64,000 nucleotides of DNA from the human T2T-CHM13v2.0 reference genome, Homo sapiens, in assembly GCF_009914755.1 (NCBI RefSeq), contig NC_060944.1. One strand, given 5' to 3'. Of the stretch, positions 52,901-64,000 are shown piece by piece. The position numbers and the translations under genes are program-made. Numbering within the stretch: position 1 is the first letter of the stretch; every line of letters begins with the position of its first letter. Under the pieces are notes generated by a model, which saw only the letters and a program-made list of their open reading frames with translations, was not told the origin of the DNA and searched no databases.

Positions 52901-55900
52901 TTCTCAGAAACTTCTTTGGGATGTTTCAATTGAAGTCACAGTGTTGAACATTCCCTTTCACAGAGCAGGTTTGAAACACTCTTTTTGTAGTGTCTATAAG
53001 TGAACATTTGGCGTGCTTTCAGGCCTAACGTGAAAAAGGAAATATCTTCCCATAAAAACTAGACAGAAGCATTCTCAGAAACTTGTTCTTGATGTGTCCC
53101 CTCTACTGACAGAGTTGAACCTTTCTTTGCAAAGAGCAGCTTTGAAACACTCTTTTTGTAGAATCTGCAAGAGGATATTTGGATAGCTTGGAGGATTTCG
53201 TTGGAAACGGGTATGTCTTCAGATAAACTCTAGACAGAAGCATTCTCAGAAACTTCTTTGGGATGTTGCATTCAAGTCACAGAGTAGAACATTCCCATTC
53301 ATAGAGCAGATTTGAAACACTCTTTTTGTAGTATCTGGAAGTGGACATTTGGAGCGCTTTCAGGCCTATGTTGAAAAAGGAAATATCTTCCCATAAAAAC
53401 TAGACGGAAGCATTCTCAGAAACTTATTTGTGATGTGTTTGCTCAACTAACAGGATTGAACCATCGTTTTGAAGGAGCAGTTTTGAAACACTGTTTTCGT
53501 GGAATCTGCAAGTGGATATTTGGCTAGCTTTGAGGATTTCGTTGGAAACGGGATTACATATAAAAAGGAGACAGCAGCATTCTCAGAAACTTCTTTGTGA
53601 TGTCTGCATTCAATTCACAGAGTTGAGCATTCCCTTTCATAGAGCAGGTTGGAAACACTCTTTTTGTAGTATCTGGATGAGGACATTTGGAGCGCTTTCA
53701 GGCGTATGGTGAAAAAGGAAATATCTTCCCGTAAAAACTAGACAGAAGCATTCTCAGAAGTTTATTTGTGATGTGTGCCCTCAACTAACAGAGTTGAACC
53801 TTTCTTTTGATAGAGCAGTTTTGAAACACTCTTTTTGTAAAATCTGCAAGAGGATATTTGGATAGCTTTGAGGATTTCGTTGCAAACGGGAATGGCTTCA
53901 TATAAACTCTAGACAGAAGCATTCTCAGAAACTTCGTTGGGATGTTTCGATTGAAGTCCCAGTGTTGAACATTCCCTTTTATAGAGCAGGTTGGAAACAC
54001 TCTTTCTGCATTCCCTGGAAGTGGACATTTGGAGCGCTTTCAGGACGACGGTGAAAATGGAAATATCTTCCAAGAAAATCTAGATAGAAGCAACGTCAGA
54101 AACTTTTATGTGATGGATCTACTCAGCTAACAGAGTTGAACCTTTCTTTTGAGAGAGCAGTTTTGCAACACTCTTTTTGTGGAATATGCAAGTGGATATT
54201 AGGGCAGCTTTGAGGATTTCGTTGGAAACGGGAATACATGTAAAAAGCAGACAGCAGCATTCTCAGAAACTTCTTTGTGATGTTTGCATTGAAGTCACAG
54301 AGTTGAACATTCCCTTTGAGAGAGCAGGTTTGAAACACGCCTTTTGTCATATCTGGAAGTGTCCATTCGGAGCGCATTCAGGCTTGTGTTGAAACAGGAA
54401 ATATCCTCCCATAAAAACTAGACAGAAGCATTCTCAGAAACTTATTTGTGATGTATGTACTCAACTAACAGAACTAAACCATCGTTTTGAAGGAGCAGTT
54501 TTGAAACACTCTTTTTGCGGAATCTGCAAGTGGATATTTGGCTAGCTGGGAGGATTTCGTTGGAAACGGGATTACATACAAAAAGCAGACAGCAGCATTC
54601 TCAGAAACTTCTTTGTGATGTTTGCATTCAAGTCACAGAGTTGAACATTCCCTTTCATAGAGCAGGTTTGAAACACTCTTTTTGTAGTATCTGGATGTGG
54701 ACATTTGGATCGCTTTCAGGCCTATGGTGAAAAAGGAAATATCTTCCCATGAAAACTAGACAGAAGCATTCTCAGAAACTTATTTGTGATGTGTGCCCTC
54801 AACTGACAGTGTTGAACCTTTGTTTTGATAGAGCAGTTCTGAAACACACTTTTTGTAAAATCTGCAAGAGGATATTTGGATAGCTTTGAGGATTTCGTTG
54901 GAAACGGGAATGTCTTCATGTAAACTCTAGACAGAAGCATTCTCAGAAACTGCTTTGGGATGTTTCAATTGAAGTCCCAGTGTTGAACATTCCCATTCAT
55001 AGAGCAGGTTTGAAACACTCTTTTTGTACTATCTGGAAGTGGACATTTGGAGCGCTTTCAGGTCTACGGTGAAAAAGGAGATATCTTCCAATAAAAACTA
55101 GATAGAAGCAATGTCAGAACTCTTTTCATGATGTATCTACTCAGCAAACAGAGTTGAACCTTTCTTTTGAGAGAGCAGTTTTGAAACACTCTTTTTGTGG
55201 AATATGCAAGTGGGTATTAGGCCAGCTTGGAGGATTTCGTTGGAAACGGGAATACGTATAAAAAGCAGACAGCAGCATTGTCAGAAACTACTTTGTGATG
55301 TTTGCATTCAAGTCACAGAATTGAACACTCCCTTTCACAGAGCAGGTTTGAAACACTCTTTTTGTAGTGTCTGTAAGTGAACATTTGGATTGCTTTCAGG
55401 CCTAAGGTGAAAAAGGAAATATCTTCCCATAAAAACTAGACAGAAGCATTCTCAGAAACTTGTTTGTGATGTGTGCCCTCTACTGACAGAGTTGAACCTT
55501 TCTTTGCAAAGAGCAGTTTTGAAACACTCTTTTTGTAGAATCTGCAAGAGGATATTTGGATAGCTTTGAGGATTTCTTGGGAAACGGGAATGTCTTCAGA
55601 TAAACTCTAGACAGAAGCATTCTCAGAAACTTCTTTGGGATGTTTCAATTGAAGTCACAGTGTTGAACATTCCCTTTCACAGAGCAGGTTTGAAACACTC
55701 TTTTTGTAGTGTCTATAAGTGAACATTTGGCGTGCTTTCAGGCCTAACGTGAAAAAGGAAATATCTTCCCATAAAAACTAGACAGAAGCATTCTCAGAAA
55801 CTTGTTCTTGATGTGTCCCCTCTACTGACAGAGTTGAACCTTTCTTTGCAAAGAGCAGCTTTGAAACACTCTTTTTGTAGAATCTGCAAGAGGATATTTG

Positions 55901-58900
55901 GATAGCTTGGAGGATTTCGTTGGAAACGGGTATGTCTTCAGATAAACTCTAGACAGAAGCATTCTCAGAAACTTCTTTGGGATGTTGCATTCAAGTCACA
56001 GAGTAGAACATTCCCATTCATAGAGCAGATTTGAAACACTCTTTTTGTAGTATCTGGAAGTGGACATTTGGAGCGCTTTCAGGCCTATGTTGAAAAAGGA
56101 AATATCTTCCCATAAAAACTAGACGGAAGCATTCTCAGAAACTTATTTGTGATGTGTTTGCTCAACTAACAGGATTGAACCATCGTTTTGAAGGAGCAGT
56201 TTTGAAACACTGTTTTCGTGGAATCTGCAAGTGGATATTTGGCTAGCTTTGAGGATTTCGTTGGAAACGGGATTACATATAAAAAGGAGACAGCAGCATT
56301 CTCAGAAACTTCTTTGTGATGTCTGCATTCAATTCACAGAGTTGAGCATTCCCTTTCATAGAGCAGGTTGGAAACACTCTTTTTGTAGTATCTGGATGAG
56401 GACATTTGGAGCGCTTTCAGGCGTATGGTGAAAAAGGAAATATCTTCCCGTAAAAACTAGACAGAAGCATTCTCAGAAGTTTATTTGTGATGTGTGCCCT
56501 CAACTAACAGAGTTGAACCTTTCTTTTGATAGAGCAGTTTTGAAACACTCTTTTTGTAAAATCTGCAAGAGGATATTTGGATAGCTTTGAGGATTTCGTT
56601 GCAAACGGGAATGGCTTCATATAAACTCTAGACAGAAGCATTCTCAGAAACTTCGTTGGGATGTTTCGATTGAAGTCCCAGTGTTGAACATTCCCTTTTA
56701 TAGAGCAGGTTGGAAACACTCTTTCTGCATTCCCTGGAAGTGGACATTTGGAGCGCTTTCAGGACGACGGTGAAAATGGAAATATCTTCCAAGAAAATCT
56801 AGATAGAAGCAACGTCAGAAACTTTTATGTGATGGATCTACTCAGCTAACAGAGTTGAACCTTTCTTTTGAGAGAGCAGTTTTGCAACACTCTTTTTGTG
56901 GAATATGCAAGTGGATATTAGGGCAGCTTTGAGGATTTCGTTGGAAACGGGAATACATGTAAAAAGCAGACAGCAGCATTCTCAGAAACTTCTTTGTGAT
57001 GTTTGCATTGAAGTCACAGAGTTGAACATTCCCTTTGAGAGAGCAGGTTTGAAACACGCCTTTTGTCATATCTGGAAGTGTCCATTCGGAGCGCATTCAG
57101 GCTTGTGTTGAAACAGGAAATATCCTCCCATAAAAACTAGACAGAAGCATTCTCAGAAACTTATTTGTGATGTATGTACTCAACTAACAGAACTAAACCA
57201 TCGTTTTGAAGGAGCAGTTTTGAAACACTCTTTTTGCGGAATCTGCAAGTGGATATTTGGCTAGCTGGGAGGATTTCGTTGGAAACGGGATTACATACAA
57301 AAAGCAGACAGCAGCATTCTCAGAAACTTCTTTGTGATGTTTGCATTCAAGTCACAGAGTTGAACATTCCCTTTCATAGAGCAGGTTTGAAACACTCTTT
57401 TTGTAGTATCTGGATGTGGACATTTGGATCGCTTTCAGGCCTATGGTGAAAAAGGAAATATCTTCCCATGAAAACTAGACAGAAGCATTCTCAGAAACTT
57501 ATTTGTGATGTGTGCCCTCAACTGACAGTGTTGAACCTTTGTTTTGATAGAGCAGTTCTGAAACACACTTTTTGTAAAATCTGCAAGAGGATATTTGGAT
57601 AGCTTTGAGGATTTCGTTGGAAACGGGAATGTCTTCATGTAAACTCTAGACAGAAGCATTCTCAGAAACTGCTTTGGGATGTTTCAATTGAAGTCCCAGT
57701 GTTGAACATTCCCATTCATAGAGCAGGTTTGAAACACTCTTTTTGTACTATCTGGAAGTGGACATTTGGAGCGCTTTCAGGTCTACGGTGAAAAAGGAGA
57801 TATCTTCCAATAAAAACTAGATAGAAGCAATGTCAGAACTCTTTTCATGATGTATCTACTCAGCAAACAGAGTTGAACCTTTCTTTTGAGAGAGCAGTTT
57901 TGAAACACTCTTTTTGTGGAATATGCAAGTGGGTATTAGGCCAGCTTGGAGGATTTCGTTGGAAACGGGAATACGTATAAAAAGCAGACAGCAGCATTGT
58001 CAGAAACTACTTTGTGATGTTTGCATTCAAGTCACAGAATTGAACACTCCCTTTCACAGAGCAGGTTTGAAACACTCTTTTTGTAGTGTCTGTAAGTGAA
58101 CATTTGGATTGCTTTCAGGCCTAAGGTGAAAAAGGAAATATCTTCCCATAAAAACTAGACAGAAGCATTCTCAGAAACTTGTTTGTGATGTGTGCCCTCT
58201 ACTGACAGAGTTGAACCTTTCTTTGCAAAGAGCAGTTTTGAAACACTCTTTTTGTAGAATCTGCAAGAGGATATTTGGATAGCTTTGAGGATTTCTTGGG
58301 AAACGGGAATGTCTTCAGATAAACTCTAGACAGAAGCATTCTCAGAAACTTCTTTGGGATGTTTCAATTGAAGTCACAGTGTTGAACATTCCCTTTCACA
58401 GAGCAGGTTTGAAACACTCTTTTTGTAGTGTCTATAAGTGAACATTTGGCGTGCTTTCAGGCCTAACGTGAAAAAGGAAATATCTTCCCATAAAAACTAG
58501 ACAGAAGCATTCTCAGAAACTTGTTCTTGATGTGTCCCCTCTACTGACAGAGTTGAACCTTTCTTTGCAAAGAGCAGCTTTGAAACACTCTTTTTGTAGA
58601 ATCTGCAAGAGGATATTTGGATAGCTTGGAGGATTTCGTTGGAAACGGGTATGTCTTCAGATAAACTCTAGACAGAAGCATTCTCAGAAACTTCTTTGGG
58701 ATGTTGCATTCAAGTCACAGAGTAGAACATTCCCATTCATAGAGCAGATTTGAAACACTCTTTTTGTAGTATCTGGAAGTGGACATTTGGAGCGCTTTCA
58801 GGCCTATGTTGAAAAAGGAAATATCTTCCCATAAAAACTAGACGGAAGCATTCTCAGAAACTTATTTGTGATGTGTTTGCTCAACTAACAGGATTGAACC

Positions 58901-60501
58901 ATCGTTTTGAAGGAGCAGTTTTGAAACACTGTTTTCGTGGAATCTGCAAGTGGATATTTGGCTAGCTTTGAGGATTTCGTTGGAAACGGGATTACATATA
59001 AAAAGGAGACAGCAGCATTCTCAGAAACTTCTTTGTGATGTCTGCATTCAATTCACAGAGTTAAGCATTCCCTTTCATAGAGCAGGTTGGAAACACTCTT
59101 TTTGTAGTATCTGGATGAGGACATTTGGAGCGCTTTCAGGCGTATGGTGAAAAAGGAAATATCTTCCCGTAAAAACTAGACAGAAGCATTCTCAGAAGTT
59201 TATTTGTGATGTGTGCCCTCAACTAACAGAGTTGAACCTTTCTTTTGATAGAGCAGTTTTGAAACACTCTTTTTGTAAAATCTGCAAGAGGATATTTGGA
59301 TAGCTTTGAGGATTTCGTTGCAAACGGGAATGGCTTCATATAAACTCTAGACAGAAGCATTCTCAGAAACTTCGTTGGGATGTTTCGATTGAAGTCCCAG
59401 TGTTGAACATTCCCTTTTATAGAGCAGGTTGGAAACACTCTTTCTGCATTCCCTGGAAGTGGACATTTGGAGCGCTTTCAGGACGACGGTGAAAATGGAA
59501 ATATCTTCCAAGAAAATCTAGATAGAAGCAATGTCAGAAACTTTTATGTGATGGATCTACTCAGCTAACAGAGTTGAACCTTTCTTTTGAGAGAGCAGTT
59601 TTGCAACACTCTTTTTGTGGAATATGCAAGTGGATATTAGGGCAGCTTTGAGGATTTCGTTGGAAACGGGAATACATGTAAAAAGCAGACAGCAGCATTC
59701 TCAGAAACTTCTTTGTGATGTTTGCATTGAAGTCACAGAGTTGAACATTCCCTTTGAGAGAGCAGGTTTGAAACACGCCTTTTGTCATATCTGGAAGTGT
59801 CCATTCGGAGCGCATTCAGGCTTGTGTTGAAAAAGGAAATATCCTCCCATAAAAACTAGACAGAAGCATTCTCAGAAACTTATCTGTGATGTATGTACTC
59901 AACTAACAGAACTAAACCATCGTTTTGAAGGAGCAGTTTTGAAACACTCTTTTTGCGGAATCTGCAAGTGGATATTTGGCTAGCTGGGAGGATTTCGTTG
60001 GAAACGGGATTACATACAAAAAGCAGAGAGCAGCATTCTCAGAAACTTCTTTGTGATGTTTGCATTCAAGTCACAGAGTTGAACATTCCCTTTCATAGAG
60101 CAGGTTTGAAACACTCTTTTTGTAGTATCTGGATGTGGACATTTGGATCGCTTTCAGGCCTATGGTGAAAAAGGAAATATCTTCCCATGAAGACTAGACA
60201 GAAGCATTCTCAGAAACTTATTTGTGATGTGTGCCCTCAACTGACAGTGTTGAACCTTTGTTTTGATAGAGCAGTTCTGAAACACACTTTTTGTGAAATC
60301 TGCAAGAGGATATTTGGATAGCTTTGAGGATTTCGTTGGAAACGGGAATGTCTTCATGTAAACTCTAGACAGAAGCATTCTCAGAAACTGCTTTGGGATG
60401 TTTCAATTGAAGTCCCAGTGTTGAACATTCCCTTTCATAGAGCAGGTTTGAAACACTCTTTTTGTACTATCTGGAAGTGGACATTTGGAGCGCTTTCAGG
60501 T

Positions 60502-63500
60502 CTACGGTGAAAAAGGAGATATCTTCCAATAAAAACTAGATAGAAGCAATGTCAGAACTTTTTTCATGATGTATCTACTCAGCAAACAGAGTTGAACCTT
60601 TCTTTTGAGAGAGCAGTTTTGAAACACTCTTTTTGTGGAATATGCAAGTGGGTATTAGGCCAGCTTGGAGGATTTCGTTGGAAACGGGAATACGTATAAA
60701 AAGCAGACAGCAGCATTGTCAGAAACTACTTTGTGATGTTTGCATTCAAGTCACAGAATTGAACACTCCCTTTCACAGAGCAGGTTTGAAACACTCTTTT
60801 TGTAGTGTCTGTAAGTGAACATTTGGATTGCTTTCAGGCCTAAGGTGAAAAAGGAAATATCTTCCCATAAAAACTAGACAGAAGCATTCTCAGAAACTTG
60901 TTTGTGATGTGTGCCCTCTACTGACAGAGTTGAACCTTTCTTTGCAAAGAGCAGTTTTGAAACACTCTTTTTGTAGAATCTGCAAGAGGATATTTGGATA
61001 GCTTTGAGGATTTCTTGGGAAACGGGAATGTCTTCAGATAAACTCTAGACAGAAGCATTCTCAGAAACTTCTTTGGGATGTTTCAATTGAAGTCACAGTG
61101 TTGAACATTCCCTTTCACAGAGCAGGTTTGAAACACTCTTTTTGTAGTGTCTATAAGTGAACATTTGGCGTGCTTTCAGGCCTAACGTGAAAAAGGAAAT
61201 ATCTTCCCATAAAAACTAGACAGAAGCATTCTCAGAAACTTGTTCTTGATGTGTGCCCTCTACTGACAGAGTTGAACCTTTCTTTGCAAAGAGCAGTTTT
61301 GAAACACTCTTTTTGTAGAATCTGCAAGAGGATATTTGGATAGCTTTGAGGATTTCTTGGGAAACGGGAATGTCTTCAGATAAACTCTAGACAGAAGCAT
61401 TCTCAGAAAGTACTTTGTGATGTTTCAATTGAAGTCACAGTGTTGAACATTCCCTTTCACAGAGCAGGTTTGAAACACTCTTTTTGTAGTGTCTATAAGT
61501 GAACATTTGGCGTGCTTTCAGGCCTAACGTGAAAAAGGAAATATCTTCCCATAAAAACTAGACAGAAGCATTCTCAGAAACTTGTTCTTGATGTGTCCCC
61601 TCTACTGACAGAGTTGAACCTTTCTTTGCAAAGAGCAGCTTTGAAACACTCTTTTTGTAGAATCTGCAAGAGGATATTTGGATAGCTTGGAGGATTTCGT
61701 TGGAAACGGGTATGTCTTCAGATAAACTCTAGACAGAAGCATTCTCAGAAACTTCTTTGGGATGTTGCATTCAAGTCACAGAGTAGAACATTCCCATTCA
61801 TAGAGCAGATTTGAAACACTCTTTTTGTAGTATCTGGAAGTGGACATTTGGAGCGCTTTCAGGCCTATGTTGAAAAAGGAAATATCTTCCCATAAAAACT
61901 AGACGGAAGCATTCTCAGAAACTTATTTGTGATGTGTTTGCTCAACTAACAGGATTGAACCATCGTTTTGAAGGAGCAGTTTTGAAACACTGTTTTCGTG
62001 GAATCTGCAAGTGGATATTTGGCTAGCTTTGAGGATTTCGTTGGAAACGGGATTACATATAAAAAGGAGACAGCAGCATTCTCAGAAACTTCTTTGTGAT
62101 GTCTGCATTCAATTCACAGAGTTGAGCATTCCCTTTCATAGAGCAGGTTGGAAACACTCTTTTTGTAGTATCTGGATGAGGACATTTGGAGCGCTTTCAG
62201 GCGTATGGTGAAAAAGGAAATATCTTCCCGTAAAAACTAGACAGAAGCATTCTCAGAAGTTTATTTGTGATGTGTGCCCTCAACTAACAGAGTTGAACCT
62301 TTCTTTTGATAGAGCAGTTTTGAAACACTCTTTTTGTAAAATCTGCAAGAGGATATTTGGATAGCTTTGAGGATTTCGTTGCAAACGGGAATGGCTTCAT
62401 ATAAACTCTAGACAGAAGCATTCTCAGAAACTTCTTTGTGATGTCTGCATTCAATTCACAGAGTTGAGCATTCCCTTTCATAGAGCAGGTTGGAAACACT
62501 CTTTCTGCATTCCCTGGAAGTGGACATTTGGAGCGCTTTCAGGACGACGGTGAAAATGGAAATATCTTCCAAGAAAATCTAGATAGAAGCAACGTCAGAA
62601 ACTTTTATGTGATGGATCTACTCAGCTAACAGAGTTGAACCTTTCTTTTGAGAGAGCAGTTTTGCAACACTCTTTTTGTGGAATATGCAAGTGGATATTA
62701 GGGCAGCTTTGAGGATTTCGTTGGAAACGGGAATACATGTAAAAAGCAGACAGCAGCATTCTCAGAAACTTCTTTGTGATGTTTGCATTGAAGTCACAGA
62801 GTTGAACATTCCCTTTGAGAGAGCAGGTTTGAAACACGCCTTTTGTCATATCTGGAAGTGTCCATTCGGAGCGCATTCAGGCTTGTGTTGAAAAAGGAAA
62901 TATCCTCCCATAAAAACTAGACAGAAGCATTCTCAGAAACTTATCTGTGATGTATGTACTCAACTAACAGAACTAAACCATCGTTTTGAAGGAGCAGTTT
63001 TGAAACACTCTTTTTGCGGAATCTGCAAGTGGATATTTGGCTAGCTGGGAGGATTTCGTTGGAAACGGGATTACATACAAAAAGCAGAGAGCAGCATTCT
63101 CAGAAACTTCTTTGTGATGTTTGCATTCAAGTCACAGAGTTGAACATTCCCTTTCATAGAGCAGGTTTGAAACACTCTTTTTGTAGTATCTGGATGTGGA
63201 CATTTGGATCGCTTTCAGGCCTATGGTGAAAAAGGAAATATCTTCCCATGAAGACTAGACAGAAGCATTCTCAGAAACTTATTTGTGATGTGTGCCCTCA
63301 ACTGACAGTGTTGAACCTTTGTTTTGATAGAGCAGTTCTGAAACACACTTTTTGTGAAATCTGCAAGAGGATATTTGGATAGCTTTGAGGATTTCGTTGG
63401 AAACGGGAATGTCTTCATGTAAACTCTAGACAGAAGCATTCTCAGAAACTGCTTTGGGATGTTTCAATTGAAGTCCCAGTGTTGAACATTCCCTTTCATA

Positions 63501-63562
63501 GAGCAGGTTTGAAACACTCTTTTTGTACTATCTGGAAGTGGACATTTGGAGCGCTTTCAGGT
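60502..63562 (+). repeat. 18-monomer HOR variant U23 (3061 bp) with an extra dimer (~61247-61588) and a converted monomer (62435-62479)
   Basis: Marker spacing 60633 to 63694 is 3061; the altered ORF at 62284-62499 is the same as in U2. Confidence 0.93.
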
Positions 63563-64000
63563 CTACGGTGAAAAAGGAGATATCTTCCAATAAAAACTAG
63601 ATAGAAGCAATGTCAGAACTTTTTTCATGATGTATCTACTCAGCAAACAGAGTTGAACCTTTCTTTTGAGAGAGCAGTTTTGAAACACTCTTTTTGTGGA
63701 ATATGCAAGTGGGTATTAGGCCAGCTTGGAGGATTTCGTTGGAAACGGGAATACGTATAAAAAGCAGACAGCAGCATTGTCAGAAACTACTTTGTGATGT
63801 TTGCATTCAAGTCACAGAATTGAACACTCCCTTTCACAGAGCAGGTTTGAAACACTCTTTTTGTAGTGTCTGTAAGTGAACATTTGGATTGCTTTCAGGC
63901 CTAAGGTGAAAAAGGAAATATCTTCCCATAAAAACTAGACAGAAGCATTCTCAGAAACTTGTTTGTGATGTGTGCCCTCTACTGACAGAGTTGAACCTTT
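63563..64000 (+). repeat. Partial HOR unit U24, truncated by the window edge
   Basis: Matches the first 438 bp of the HOR. Confidence 0.92.

Larger units (their letters stand above)
1..64000 (+). repeat. Alpha-satellite centromeric HOR array, dimeric SF2-type (D1/D2), canonical 16-mer of 2719 bp; most likely human chr20 D20Z2 / S2C20H1L
   Basis: Seen: ~171-bp monomers with alpha-satellite motifs (CATTCTCAGAAACTT, GAGTTGAAC, TTTGAAACACTCTTTTTGT) and a CENP-B box site in every second monomer. The ORF-track marker recurs at 132, 2851, 5912, 8631 ... 63694, with spacings of 2719 (mostly), 2718, 3061 and 2377. Alpha-satellite identity is near-certain. The chr20 assignment (about 0.8) is inferred from recalled HOR catalogues (SF2 plus 16-mer). 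Confidence 0.98.

Noticed and set aside
4465-59063. Isolated private SNPs (e.g. GAATTC at 4465, 9231, 10241, 14559, 41212, 59063)
   Set aside because: These are ordinary single-copy substitutions with no evident functional meaning; they are useful only as unique anchors for read mapping.
132-63879. About 140 short ORFs (61-84 aa) in six recurring families on both strands
   Set aside because: They are chance open frames of alpha-satellite monomers, repeat with the HOR period, often start at TTG/GTG, and show no recognisable domain or gene structure. I used them only as positional and SNP markers.
1-64000. CRISPR-like or other repeat-spacer system suggested by regularly spaced conserved motifs
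   Set aside because: The intervening sequences are themselves homologous monomer sequence rather than unique spacers, and there are no cas or other genes.
1-64000. Transposon insertion (L1/Alu), inversion or unique-sequence island
   Set aside because: All unit lengths are explained by 2719 plus or minus 342 (or minus 1), and the ORF families keep the same strand and order throughout, leaving no room for inserts or strand switches.

Overview
The whole 64 kb window is primate centromeric alpha-satellite DNA: head-to-tail ~171-bp monomers in one orientation, with no interruption I could see. Monomers alternate between a CENP-B-box type and a pJalpha-box type, a dimeric organisation like suprachromosomal family 2 (D1/D2). 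They form a very homogeneous 16-monomer higher-order repeat (HOR) of 2719 bp. A dimeric 16-mer best fits the active human chromosome 20 array D20Z2 (S2C20H1L); this is from recall, not a search. There are 23 complete HOR copies plus one partial: 18 canonical 16-mers (one is 2718 bp), four 18-mers (3061 bp) and one 14-mer (2377 bp). I found no genes, RNA genes, CRISPR arrays or transposons, and the ORF track is a repeat artefact. I did not find a new gene-encoded system. The notable signal is array architecture and turnover: (1) a 6+6+2+2 substructure inside the HOR; (2) 18-mers that duplicate the only dimer with a dead CENP-B box; (3) a length-neutral out-of-register conversion tract; (4) a 5780-bp 34-monomer super-HOR duplication; (5) a compound variant HOR recurring 57,782 bp apart; (6) SNP-defined haplotype blocks. 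All comparisons were made by eye. Units U1-U24 are counted from position 1.
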